Source: Squalus acanthias (lineage: Eukaryota). Taken from it: a stretch of DNA of 64,000 nt. The number at the start of each line of letters is the position of its first letter. Positions within the stretch are counted from its first letter, which is position 1. The position numbers and the translations under genes are program-made. The notes under the pieces are model-generated. The model was not told where the DNA came from. It ran no database searches and saw nothing but the letters and a program-made list of their open reading frames with translations. The stretch lies in contig CM059430.1 in assembly GCA_030390025.1 (NCBI GenBank), positions 74,400,001 to 74,464,000 of the forward strand, written 5' to 3'. Positions 1 to 11,907 of this stretch are shown here, one piece after another.

Positions 1-547
1 CATCCCAAAGTAGGCAGTTTCACCAAGTAATAAATAAACTAAATTTAGTTGGAGGTAGAAAGATACAAAAGTCTAATTTAGCAAATGATATATATCAAAA
101 ATTGAAATTAAAAAATACTTGCCTTATGCATTGCGTTAATGTGCGTAGTTAATATAAAACTGCACTGTCACTTATTGTAAATAACTGACCTTTATAGTTA
201 AATGGTGTACCAGAAAATCATTTATTGAGCGCTTGTTTCAACTCATTCTCTTGGAATTACTGCAGAGTTTCCTGCCAACTCCCTACACAGCATAGGAGAA
301 GCATTAGTGGGAACCCCAGAGAAAGTCACAGCAAATATTTCAAATTCCTGATTAAAACCTCATCAGCTACGCTATGACGAGGTCACAAATTCTGAGAAAA
401 TAGTATATCAGCGATGGTTCCTGTCTGTTTTTTCACTTAATTCAACAAACCCGTGCTAATGGCTGAGCTGACCTTAGCATTGAATTAACTGCTTTATTTT
501 GTTATTGGCTGTAACGAGCGGTAGCGATTCTGCATTTGACCAATAAT

Positions 548-1289
548 GGCCCAAAAATTAGTGAGTGAGCCTTCGTGCGAGGGTAAGGCCTTCCCGCGAT
601 CTCTCACTGCGCGCTGGCTTTTTCAGTCCGAGCTCGCACGAACTTGATGTTCTGGACAGCATCTGTGCAGTGCTTTCGTTTCCCACAGGCGTAGTTAATT
701 CGTGCGAGCTGTGGGATCACGTGACTCAGTTAGAGCAAATGGCAGCACACCATCTTTCATTCATAACTTTCACAGCACGGCTGTGAAAGCTATGAATACT
801 ATACCCCCCCCAAAAGAACAGCTAAACCTCAATTAAATTGAAAAAAAACATCAGATTAATAAAATAAGTATAGTTAAATAAATTAACCATTTTAAACAAA
901 AAATTAAATTTTTGAAAAAAATTAAAATCTTTTAAAAAGTTATAAAAATAAACTTACCTGTCTTTAAAGTCTCTAAAAAAGATATACCTGTTAAATTTTT
1001 TTTTAACTAATACATAATTAAGTACTTACGTTTTTAAAAGAGGGTCTAACGCCTCCTTTCTTTATGTCTAAAATCTTCCATGCTTACCTGGGCGTCCAAA
1101 GCACTAAGTGCACTGCGTGCGCGCAGCCTGTAGCGCGCACGCGGTTCACCTAGGAACCGCCCCCTTTTGAATTCACCAAGTGCCGCTTGTCAGCGCATGC
1201 GCAGTGCATGCAGAAAACCGGCAATTGGAGACAGAATACGTGAGAGTACACAGTGAGTACTCTCGCGTAGCGGCACTAATTTTTGGGCC
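548..1289. mobile_element. Harbinger-like MITE, family 1
   Basis: TIRs GGCCCAAAAATT...AATTTTTGGGCC; 3-bp TSD AAT (545-547, 1290-1292); empty site with a single AAT at 45071-45073 in the paralog. Confidence 0.9.
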
Positions 1290-2445
1290 AATATCTACAA
1301 AGGCTGGAACTCTGAATATTTTTTAACGATTAGCTTGTCAAATAACAGCATCTACAATCGAGCAAATGTATGAAACTCCAAGTGGAAAAAGTTGCACGTA
1401 TTGACATGAGGTCAGCTCTATACCGTTTCTTTATAATTTAATGCTTGACTGCAAAGGACGTGTTGCACAACAAGCTGCTTTGAAGAGGGTTCATGCGGTT
1501 CAAGTTAGGTCCGTAGCATCACACAGCCATTGAGTGCTGTTCATTATTGCATTTTGTTTGTAAATACCAAACCGCAAGGTCAGGTTCTTTTTTTTGTGGA
1601 ATGATGTGAACTTGATGGCGTCTGAATGCAAGATTATGTGTTGTATTTATATTATTAGTAGTCTATCAACAGAATATATTTCAAAAACAAATTTGGGGTA
1701 ACTTTTTATCTTTCTGGTCTCGGGGCAGAGTTTCATGCAGCGGGGAACGTACCGTACATGTGTGCTTCCAGTCCTAGGCTACCATATATTACTGTGAACT
1801 ATAGATAGAGAAAAGGCCACACACACAGGCAAATACGATTCTGGGTTACATTCCTGCTAGAATTATAATAATAGAAACGAAGGGATTTTGAATTTGCACA
1901 AGGCAAAATTTGAGCGTCATTTGAAACATTTCATGCTGTTCTGTCCGTCCCATTACAGCAAATGTTTTGTTGCCATTAAAAGGGTACAGCGACGATTCAA
2001 TAGTGCTGTGAGTAATTAGGGACTGGCCCCACAAAGTGCAATTCAGGTGAGCCTTTATTCAGTGGAACAGAGAAGATTGACGAGGAGCTAAGAGAGTCTT
2101 TGATAATTCTGAAAGCTTCTGCTAGGGAGACAAGTTACAGATTGTTTCCTTTTGATTACAACGAGCGGGAACTCAGAATTATCACTAAAATAACATGTTT
2201 GTGGGATTTTGTTAGGGCTGTTTTAATACGGAAGTTTATCAGAATATAAATACGCCAACACAAGTGGTTATTCTGTTGGAGACTGTAATACTCTTCAATA
2301 AGGAATTGTAGAAGCATGAGGAAAAATATATTTTTAATTCGATCAGTTGAAAATCAATGCCTATCTTTAAGTTCTTTCCCACGCCACAGATCAATTCAGA
2401 ATGGTTACGGGCTCTCTGCTCTATTGTCTGTGTCACCCGAAGGCC

Positions 2446-2503
2446 CTATGATCGGCAATACACTGACTCGGTGCTGAACGGGTATAATGAATGGGAGCAG
2501 TAC
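2446..2503 (-). other. Candidate terminal coding exon, copy A (tail of a minus-strand gene)
   Basis: Good acceptor ttttttgtcaccag; conserved with 50126-50183, with the same TAG position; reading frame not established. Confidence 0.3.
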
Positions 2504-3143
2504 CTGGTGACAAAAAACTCAAAGTTGCTGGATATAATCGGCATAAAGCCTTACCATGCGGAATACCTTGCAGACGTGTGTGAATTGGTGACCGTAAGGC
2601 TCATTAAATTAAATATTCTTCCAAGCAATCGACCTGCTTTGTGGAAAGGAATTAATTTCAATTTGCAAACAACATAACAATAATAGCAAGGCAGGATTCC
2701 ATTAGTAACAGTTCCTCTTGGATTATCTCGAAATTGCTGCTGAAGTGGTGCTGCTTCGAAAGCTTGCCTTCTTGCTAAAACATATGGGGGTAGAAATTAG
2801 GTCGCGCCCCTTTTGGGGCGCAAATATCGTCCGAGCGCAAATATTAGCGCCTGGCGCTAATTATCAGCACTGACAGGAAACTTCACTTTTACCGCCCCGG
2901 GAGGTGAGTGGAGCGCTAAATTAGGCGCTGCACACCTCTCTTAAGGCGCAAAGGCCTAGGAGTGAGGCGCTACCTCAGCGCACGAGCGCAGCGCAGCTGC
3001 TGCCAGTTAGCGAGGGAACACAGACACACTGGCGCCGGACACTTCTTAAAGCGGGGGGGGCCACTTGCTCCCCAGCCACACCCTGCTCATTGCAGCCTTG
3101 AATCTCAGCCTGGAGAGACCTGTAATCCATTTTGCTGCCAAGC

Positions 3144-5143
3144 ATGGAGAGGGTGAGAGAACGCGCTCATCGCTTCACCGAGCGGGCCTTGGATGCTCTG
3201 GTTGGCGCAGTGGAGCGCAGACGATGCATGCTGTTCCCGGAGAGTGGCAGGAGGCCTTTGCCACGCGAGTTCAGAAGAGTGTGGAGGGAGGTGGCTCAGA
3301 GCGTCTCCTCCAGGAGCATGGTGCCCAGGACCCATGTTCAGTGCCACAAAAAATTCAACGACCTCACTCGGGTCGTCAGGGTGAGTGGCTTTTTCTCAAT
3401 ACCTCTCCATCCCTCCATCTCAACCTCACTATATGGCCAGAGGGTCTTAAAACCCCAATGCACAACACTCATGCAACACCTATGGCCCTTTCATCAAACA
3501 CACACACACATTCCACACTTTGCATACAGTAAGGGCTATTCACCTATGGGAGGCACATCAGGCAAGACCATGGCTGCATATTGTAAGGGCTATTCACCTA
3601 TGGGAGGCACATCAGGCAAGACCATGGCTGCATATTGTAAGAGCTATTCACCTATGGGAGGCACATCAGGCAAGACCATGGCTGCATATTGTAAGGGCTA
3701 TTCACCTATGGGAGGCACATCAGGCAAGACCATGGCTGTATATTTACTCAGATGCTGTCCTTTTTCTTGCAGGCTAAGCTGGCTCATAATCGGAGACAGC
3801 AGCAACGGACGGGTGGAGGGCGGCTTCAGCTGCAACCCCTCAGCGATCTGGAGGAGCGCGTCCACAGGATTGTGGCAAGCCGGGTGATCGGTCCCGTCGC
3901 CACTGGGGACGTCGACCCCGTTGTGGACAGCAATGGTAAGGTCATCACCTTTTTGTCCTCTGTCCTTCCACTTGTCCCTCACAATACCAGCCTTTGACAC
4001 TTTCAATCCAACTTGCTAACTCGCTGCACTTATTCCTCCCTTACTGCCACCCTGTCCTCACGCTAAAGCCACTCTTGTACCTCCCTGCTTTCAGATGGTG
4101 ATTCACCAGCTGAGGAGATGGTCCCTGAAGCTGCCACTGGGAGTGATGCTGCAGCTGAGGAGGAAGAGGAAGCCGGAGCATCAGTGCCACCCTCTCCCGA
4201 GGAAGCCCATGGCCACACTGGGAACACGCCTTCCCCGGAGGGGAGCAGGGGGGAAGGGGCTGATGATGGTGAAGCTCCAGGACCCAGCGGGCTGCAGCAA
4301 CGCCATGGGGGGGGGGGGAGGGAAGAACGGGAGCCTTCTCCCCAGAGGGAGAGTATGCCAGACACTCCTACTGCAATGGACGCAGAGGAGGAGCGGCTGA
4401 TTGCAGAAATGAACAGCCAGGCGGTGGGCATGCACACTGAGCTCATGGGTGCAGTGGGAAGGGTGCCCGAATGCATTGAGGCACTGGCAAGGAGTGTGGA
4501 GCACTTCGCTGTAGCACAGGCGGATGCCACACTAAAGCTTAGTGCTGCAATTCAGTCACTGGCTGCCAGGAACCCATCTGAGACTGCTCTCATGCAGACT
4601 CAGATTGAGGCCACGCGAGCACTGACTGCTGCCATCCTCGATGGTTCGTGCACATGTCCCCGGGGCTGTCACCGTGCCACAGCAGGCCAGCAATCTGTTC
4701 TCCGGCAAATTGCTCCGGATGCTGAAGTGCTGCCCCGTGGGAGTGCCAGTGTGTCGGGCGAGCAGGGAGTTGCTGTCCTCTCTCACGATGACAGCATTCC
4801 TGCTGCCAACACTGTCACTTCTCCACTGCACTTGCCACCGCCTGTAGGACAGACTGCTGCCGCCATGCAGAGTTGGTGCAGTCTGCAGCCGGGCCCTCCA
4901 GGCCCAGAAGTGGTCGAGGCCGTCCTTCAGGGGCATCTGCAGTGTCAGGGTCTGACGAGCAGCAGCCTTCCACCAGCCTTGCTGCAGCCACTGAGGTCCC
5001 ATTACGGAGGAGCAGTAGGGTTAGAAGGGGGGAAGTGCGCAAGGGAAGGAGATCACCCTCGAAGGGCAAAAAGTAGGAGGTGTGCCAAAATGCTGGTCAT
5101 TTTTTTATTAAAGGCCGAGGTTCATGGCCCAACTTTTGTTTAG
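3144..5143 (+). CDS. Harbinger Myb/SANT-like DNA-binding protein; spliced exons 3144-3380, 3773-3935, 4095-5143 (possible frameshift giving the basic C-terminus ending at 5076)
   Basis: Exon 1 MERVRERAHRFTERALDALV...WREVAQ...RTHVQCHKKFNDL is a Myb/SANT trihelix. GT-AG junctions with consistent phases (0, then 1) join it to AKLAHNRR...TGGG and to the acidic low-complexity ORF at 4118. Confidence 0.85.
3521..3742 (+). repeat. 54-bp tandem repeat, about 4 copies, in intron 1 of the Myb gene
   Basis: Unit gtaagggctattcacctatgggaggcacatcaggcaagaccatggctgcatatt starts at 3529, 3583, 3637 and 3691. Confidence 0.95.
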
Positions 5144-5370
5144 TGTTTTGGACATTATCTCCAGGTTGTGAGAACCAGTTATGTTATTGACTGTTTTTTT
5201 GTGTTTATTTCTATGAGTTTGTCATGAGGAATTGACACACACAGAGTTTGTACAATAAATAAGTTTCTGTGCTCAAATTATACATGGCTGGTGGTTGGAA
5301 TTATTGGTGCCTTGGCCGGCTTAGGGGTTGCGTGCTGGGTTGATTCGTGTTTGTAGCAATGGCAGGGGCC

Positions 5371-6531
5371 CTAGAAGCGGCTTGCTATTAGTCGTTGACG
5401 GACGGCCCTTGCAGTTTGACCATTGTGGGCCGCCCTCCTGCCTTGGTGCTGCTGATGATCATCGTCCTCGTCCTGTTCCTCCTCTTCCTCCTCCTCCTCT
5501 TGTGGTGCTGCAAGGCCTGGTGGCATTGGCTGCGTCCTGAGGATTGCCATGTTGTGCAACATGCAGCACACGACTACGAAGTTCGAAACTTGATCAGGCG
5601 AGTACTGCAGGGCTTCTCCGGAATGGTCCAGACAGCGGAATCGTTGTTTCAGCACGCCGATTGTGCGCTCAATAATGTTCCTGGTTGCTTGATGGCTTTC
5701 CTGGTACCGCAGCTCAGCAGGGGTGTTTGGCGCACGGAGTGGTGTCATCAGCCAGGTGCTCAATGCGTACCCCTTGTCCCCCAGAAGCCAACCAACTGGC
5801 TGATGCGGTGCCTCGAAAATTTCTGCCACAGTACTCTGGCGCAGGATGAAAGCATCGTGGCAGCTGCCCGGATAGTGGGCATTGACAGCGAGAATCACCT
5901 GTCTGTGGTCACAGACCAACTGCACATTCAAGGAATGGAACCCCTTTCTGTTCCTGAATTCCTCTGCATTCTCTCGCGGAGCACGCAAAGCCACATGCGT
6001 GCAGTCAATGGCGCCCTGCACCATGGGGAAGCCCGCTACCCTCGCAAAGCCCATAGCACGGTCATGCTGCTTGTCTGGGGTCATAGGGAAAGAGATGAAG
6101 TCTCGTCTCCTTCTGAAGAGGGCATTGGTGACCTGCCGGATGCAGTGATGCACCGCAAACTGGGAGATATTGGCGAGGTCCCCAACAGCAGCTTGGAATG
6201 AGCCAGTGGCGTAGAAGTTCAAAGCCACTGTGACCTTCACTGCCACCGACAGAGACGTCCTGGACCTCAGCTGAGGCTGCAGATCTGGCTGCAGCAGGTG
6301 GCAGAGCTCAGTGACCACCTCCTTGCTGAATCGCAGCCTTCGCAAACACAGCTCCTCGGACATATGGATGTAGGAGAGCTGTTCACGATATACCCTGGGA
6401 GGGTAAGCTCTCCTGTACATGCGCCTGATGGCCCTCCTCCGTCTGGCCATCATTGCCACTCTCTGTCTGCGTCTCACTATCCTCCGATTGAGCTGGAGCA
6501 GGACGACGCCCCCAATCATTGCAGCCCCCAT
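5371..6531 (-). CDS. Harbinger (HARBI1-like) DDE transposase, intact 386 aa
   Basis: Motifs GAIDCTHV, NRKGFHSLNVQLVCD, PGSCHDAFIL, LLGDKGY, IERTIGVLKQRFRCL; uninterrupted ORF. Confidence 0.95.
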   Translation of the reverse strand: MGAAMIGGVVLLQLNRRIVRRRQRVAMMARRRRAIRRMYRRAYPPRVYREQLSYIHMSEELCLRRLRFSKEVVTELCHLLQPDLQPQLRSRTSLSVAVKVTVALNFYATGSFQAAVGDLANISQFAVHHCIRQVTNALFRRRRDFISFPMTPDKQHDRAMGFARVAGFPMVQGAIDCTHVALRAPRENAEEFRNRKGFHSLNVQLVCDHRQVILAVNAHYPGSCHDAFILRQSTVAEIFEAPHQPVGWLLGDKGYALSTWLMTPLRAPNTPAELRYQESHQATRNIIERTIGVLKQRFRCLDHSGEALQYSPDQVSNFVVVCCMLHNMAILRTQPMPPGLAAPQEEEEEEEEQDEDDDHQQHQGRRAAHNGQTARAVRQRLIASRF

Positions 6532-7399
6532 ATTCTCTTTGCCAGAAAAGTAATGAGGTACAGCAACTAAAGTAGCAGCAAAGTTAGGATGAACTAGGCC
6601 AAACTACCTCACAAAGCGTTGAGTCAATGTAGAAGTCTCTCTCTCTCTCTCTCCGAATCTCTCTCTCTCTCTCAGAACGAGTGGTGCATAAATGTCGACC
6701 ACAGAAAAAGACAGGAAGAGGCCCCCTTTAAATAGCGCCCCCCCCAGCCCCACACCGATTGATAACGTTCCAGTCTTCCTGTCGTTGGAAGCGCCAGGCG
6801 GTAAGACAGGGGGCGCCACTCAATTTCCACTCCGGGGCGCCCCAAGGGCGTTGCACCATGGAATGACGTCACAATCTGCGCGCGCAGGTGGTCGCAGCGG
6901 TAAGTTTTAGCGCCGCCGCACAATCTCAAGTTAAGTTCTCGAGCGGCGCAAACAGCGCTGCGCCCGGGCGTTAGCGGCTTAACGCCCCATTAGCGCCCTC
7001 TTAAGGCGCTAACGGGAGGCGCAACCAACTGAATTTTCCCCCCATGGTGTCCCAGTCACACAGAACCGTCCATGTAGCTGACATTCTGATGCAAGGGCGT
7101 CTTCGGCAATGGTATTATCTACACAGATAAGTAATTGAAGGATCCCGATGTAATTGCTTTTTATCTACTTAAGACTATTATTCATGATACCGATACTGAC
7201 AGAGCCACATCAACAGTTTTTAACGTTGATAAGATACGTTAGTATAAGTATGACATGTCCAGGGAGTCAACTTTGCCCTGTATATTTGGATTACTTCGAA
7301 TCATGTGAATTGTTCCTCATATTTCAGAGAAAGATAGCCACAATAGATTAATGATAATGTGAGGCTTAAATTATCCTAATATTTACAGAAAAAAACAGT

Positions 7400-8943
7400 G
7401 TAAAAATCAAGGAAAGTGTTAGAGTTATTGGAAAGCATGCAGGAGAATTGATCAGTATATATACTGACCAACCAGGAAGGAAGCAGCGCTAGATCTAGTT
7501 TTGGGGAATGAAATGGGCAACTTTTAGTGCGAGAGCATCTAAGGAGCAAGTGATCACAATATCATTAAGTTTAGAGTATTTATGGAAAGGGACAAGGCAC
7601 AATCACAGGTGAAGACACTCAACTAAAGAGGGCTACCTTCAGTGAGTTGAAAAGGAGTTTGGTTCAAATGGATTGGAAACAAAGATTAGCAGGAAAAAAA
7701 GTACATGAGGGGCAGGCAAGGACGTGATAGTTCGAGTACAGACTAAATAAATTCAATTGAGGTAAAAAGGAGGGACATAGATGACTAAGGAAATTGAGAT
7801 TAAAACGTTTATAATTCAGTAAAGGATGAAGCAGAATATAGAAATTGCCGAGAAGAACTGAAAAATGAAATATGAGTGCAAAGCGAGTGAATGAAAAAAA
7901 GATAATTGGATAACATAAAAGGGAGCATTAATGTATTTTATAAACTTATAAAGATTAAATGATTTTCAAATGAATGGTTGGGGACGATTAGAGAGAAAAA
8001 TGCTATCTATTAAAAGTTTGACTGCGCTCAAAGTGCAACGCCAACCCGTTCGAATAAGATGCATCACATGTTGCTGAGGGAAGCTCTAGCCACACTATTT
8101 CAATCATCTTTGGATATGGGAGCGGTGCCAGAGAACTGGAGGATTGCAAACGTAATACACCTGGTCAAAAAGGGAAGAAGGATCAAACCAGTAACTAGAG
8201 ACCATAATCCGTGGCAAAATAATTTCACTGGGAAAGATATGTGTTAATAAATGAAAGTCAACATGGACTTGTTAAACCAAATCAGTCTGACTAATTTGCT
8301 TGAGCTCTAGGATTAAATAACTAACACGGTTAATTAAGCTAGTGAAATTGACGTTTTTCATATGAACTTTCAAAAAGCGTTTGATAAAGTGATATAGAAT
8401 AAACGACTTAGTAAAATTGAAGCCCATGGGATCAATTTGTCAGTGGTAACTTGGATACTAAATTGACGAAGAGACAGGATCGAAGAGTAATGGTGTGCAC
8501 TTGTTTTTCAGACTGTAGGGAATTATACAGTGGTACCCCCAGGTGTCACTGTTTGGACCACTTTTTTTTTGGTATATTTTAATGACCTTGACTTGGTGAA
8601 AGGGGGCATAATTTCAAAGACTTCCGATGATATAAAACTTCGAAATGTAGTAAACAATTACGATGATAAGATATAAAGTGGTCATAGAAAGCCTGGTGAA
8701 TTTAGCAGACACATTCAAGATGAAATTTCAGGCAGAGATGTATGAAGTCATGCATTTTCTGAAGAAGAATGAGGCGAGGCAATTTGAATGAAATGGTACA
8801 TTTTTTATGTGTATGCGGAAACAGAGAGACATGGAGGTTTACATACATAGAATTTTGAATTCGGCAGTGGATAAGGCTGTTAAGGGATCCTTGGCTTTAT
8901 AAATGGAGAAAGAGTTCAAAATCAAGGACTTTATGGTAAACCA
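7400..8943 (+). mobile_element. Old, decayed CR1 LINE fragment that predates the duplication
   Basis: RT remnants (SSLDMGAVPENWRIANV, FQKAFDKV); shared with ~50950-54780. Confidence 0.8.
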
Positions 8944-10210
8944 AGTCATCAATATAAATTATAAAGAGTTCAAACCCCAGCACTGATCACTGTGTCACCC
9001 CATTAGTTAAAGTTTGCTAACCGGAAAATGACCCAATTATCCCGACTCCTTGTTTTCTGTTATTCAGCCAATCCTCTATCCATGCTAATATATTACCCCA
9101 ACCGTGTGACCTCTTATCTTGTGCACTATCCTTTTATGTGGCACCTTATCGAATGTCTTCTGGAAATCCAAATACAGGACATCTACTGGTACCCCTTTCT
9201 CCATCCATCTCGTTACAACTTCAAAGAATTCTAGTAAATTTGTCAAACGCGATTTCCCTTTCATAAAACCATGTTGACTCTGCTTGATTCTATTATGATT
9301 ATTTAAATGTCCTGCTATTACTTGTTTAACAATGGATTCCAGCATTTTCCCAAAAACAGATATTAGGCTAACTGGCCTATAGTTTCCTGCTTTTTGCATT
9401 CCTCCTTTCTTGAATAGGGGCATTACATTTGCGGTTTTCCAATCCATGGCAACCGCTCCAGAATCCAGGGAATGTTGATAGATTACAACCAATGCATCCT
9501 CTATCTCTGCAGCCACTTCTTTTAAGACCCTAAGATGTAAGCAATCAGGTCCAGGAGACGTGTCAGCCTTTAGTCCCATTAGTTTGCCTAGTACTTTTTC
9601 TCTAGTGATATTCCTTGTTTTAATTCCTCCCTCCCTATAGCCATTTGATTATCAATTATTATTGTGATGCTTTTAATGTCTTCTACCATGAAGACCGATA
9701 CAAAATATTTGTTCAAAATCTGTGCCATTTCCCTTTTTTCCCATTATTAATTCCCCAGGACCATCCTCTAAGGGACCAACGTTTACTTTAGCTACTCTCT
9801 TCCCTTTATATACCTGTAGAAGCTCTTACGTTCTTTTGTTATCTTTTTTGCTAGTTTACATTGATAATCTATCTTCTCCCTCTGTTATTTTTTCAGTCAC
9901 CCTTTGCTGGTTTCAAAAATATCCCAGTCCTTTGTCCTACCATTAATTTTTACAACATTTTGTGCATTTTCTTTCAATTTGATACCATCCTTAACCAGCC
10001 ACGAATGGTTCATCGTTCTCGTATTGTCTTTCTTTCTCACTGGAATACAACATTGCTGAGAGTTATGAAATATCTCCTGAAATGTCTGCCACTGCTTATC
10101 TACCGTCTTACACTTTGATCTATTTTCCCAGTCTGCTTTAGCCAACTCTGATTTCATGCCTTTGTAATTGCCTTTATTTAAATTTAGGATACTAGTTTCA
10201 GACCCAAGGA
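8944..10210 (-). mobile_element. CR1 LINE ORF2 fragment
   Basis: ORF 9085-9579 with SPGPD, NYRPVSL, QHGFMKGKS, YLDFQKTFDKVPH. Confidence 0.9.
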
Positions 10211-10505
10211 CATGAGTCTCCGCCCTCTGAGGCCCTCTCCCGGAGATTGTGTATGATCTGTCAAGATGATTCCTGACAGATTGCAATTTCTGGGTTTTAG
10301 CGCAAATTACGGCCCCTTATGTTTAATGATAATTTTTCATTTCAGACTGACTCACTAGCTTCAGCTGCTGTGGGTGGGTTATCTGAAATAATGTTTGATT
10401 GTATAATTAAGGCCAGGACTCTGGATTTACCAGTCCAGTAACATAACGTCCATGCTACCGTCCCCTTATCACTCAGCAAGACACGCATGAACCACGGACC
10501 TTTAC

Positions 10506-10539
10506 CTCCACCTGCTGTATGTTGAATGTAACCGCATAT
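10506..10539 (-). other. Candidate 34-nt exon, copy A, with acceptor AG>AA
   Basis: Donor GAG|gtaaag; the paralog at 61819-61852 keeps an aacag acceptor. Confidence 0.3.
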
Positions 10540-10562
10540 TTGTTTATATAAACATTGAAACA

Positions 10563-10997
10563 TAGAAACTAGGAGCAGGAGTAGGCCATTCGGCCCGTCG
10601 AGCCTGCTCCACCATTCAATACGATCATGGCTGATCATCCAAATCCAGTAGCCTGTCCCTGCTTACTCACACAGAATCCCCATCGAGCCTGCACCGACAC
10701 ATATCCCACCCTATCCCCGTAACCCCAAGTATTTAATTCCCCCGAACATATCCCTTCCTATCCTATCCCCGTAACCCCACATATTTAATCCCCCCCTAAC
10801 ACTAAGGGTCAATTTATCATAGCCAAATCAACGTAGCCCGCACATTTTTGGACTGTGGGAGGAAACCGGAGCACCCGGAGAAAACCCACGCAGACACGGG
10901 GAGAATGTGCAAACTCCACACAGACAGTCATTCGAGGCCAGATTCGAAACCGGGTCCCTGGCGCTGTGAGGCACCAGTGCTAACCACTATGCCACCA
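10563..10997 (-). mobile_element. tRNA-derived V-SINE (HE1-like) with CR1-derived 3' tail
   Basis: A box TGGCATAGTGG and B box GTTTCGAATC at ~10940-10995; V-core (plus strand gggaggaaaccggagcacccgg...gcaaactccacacagac); CR1-type tail; TSD AAACA (10558-10562, 10998-11002); absent at ~61870. Confidence 0.85.
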
Positions 10998-11166
10998 AAA
11001 CAGAGCGAGTCTTAGTAAAGTACATTTCTAACTGGTTATGCTAGTTTATACAAAATGTCCACCGATGTGGCTTCCACCAACATCTAATGTCACGTTGCAT
11101 GATCAGGGACATGAAGTTGAGATTCAGAATAGCAAAGTACGCCTCCTTCAGACTTGAACTCAAGGT

Positions 11167-11907
11167 GGGCCGGATTTTCCGATCGGAGGCTTCCTTCGTG
11201 CGGATGGCTCCGATCAGGAATAATGTACGAATTTACCTGTTGGCTCCGTTGTTTCCGACATTTCCGACACTGGACCTCTCCTGGTCTGCGCGCGTTGAGG
11301 CCCAGGTATCACAGGCGCTCATGTGCTTTGCAAGCGTCCCTGGGATCACGTGGGCCATGGGGAACCAATCAAATAAGGGAATCCCCTTTCACACATTTCA
11401 CTGCTCTCTCCGCATAGACCTGTCAAAAGTAAGAATGGGGCTCACATTTAAAAACACACTAAAACATTAAATACATTAAAATCACATATTTAAACTAGTT
11501 AAAATTACATTAAATTAAATAGTTTAAATAAAAATTTAATCTTTTGAAAAAAGAATTAAAGCTTTTTACGAGGCTAAATATAAACTTACATTTTTTTAAA
11601 TATTTTTCAATTATGAATGAGTGAAAAAAATATTTTTTTACTTTTTAAAATCTTATGTTTGTAAAAGGAGGCCTCATGCCTGCATTTGCCAAGGGTAAGT
11701 TTTTTAAAGATTTTCAGCGGGCGGAGCAGCAATCTCTGCCCCCAGAGGCCCTTCTCCAGGACAGACGGAGGATCTGTCAAGAGAATTCTTGACAGATCGG
11801 AAGTGCCGGTTTTCAGCGCATGCGCTTCGCATGCCTGAAACTTGCACTTGCGAGGCTCCTACCGGTGTGTACACACCTCGTACACACCCGTGCGTTCGAC
11901 AATTCCG
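11167..11907. mobile_element. Harbinger-like MITE, family 2 (right end eroded)
   Basis: Starts GGGCCGGATTTTCCGATC; similar to 17464-18221 (inverted) and 37165-37906; absent in the paralog at ~62010. Confidence 0.8.

Larger units (their letters stand above)
2787..7043. mobile_element. Autonomous PIF/Harbinger DNA transposon
   Basis: Imperfect TIRs GGGGTAGAAATT / AATTTTCCCCCC; TSD ATG (2784-2786, 7044-7046); empty site at ~50460-50475 in the paralog; convergent Myb/SANT and DDE transposase genes. Confidence 0.95.

Noticed and set aside
3521-3742. CRISPR-like or coding repeat (YCKGYSPMGGTSGKTMAA)n
   Set aside because: Head-to-tail units with no spacers, lying inside a GT-AG intron of a eukaryotic transposon gene.
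5395-6201. 268-aa plus-strand ORF
   Set aside because: Antisense shadow of the GC-rich transposase ORF.
5371-6531. Domesticated host HARBI1 gene
   Set aside because: It lies within TIRs and a TSD with a Myb partner, and the paralogous site is empty.
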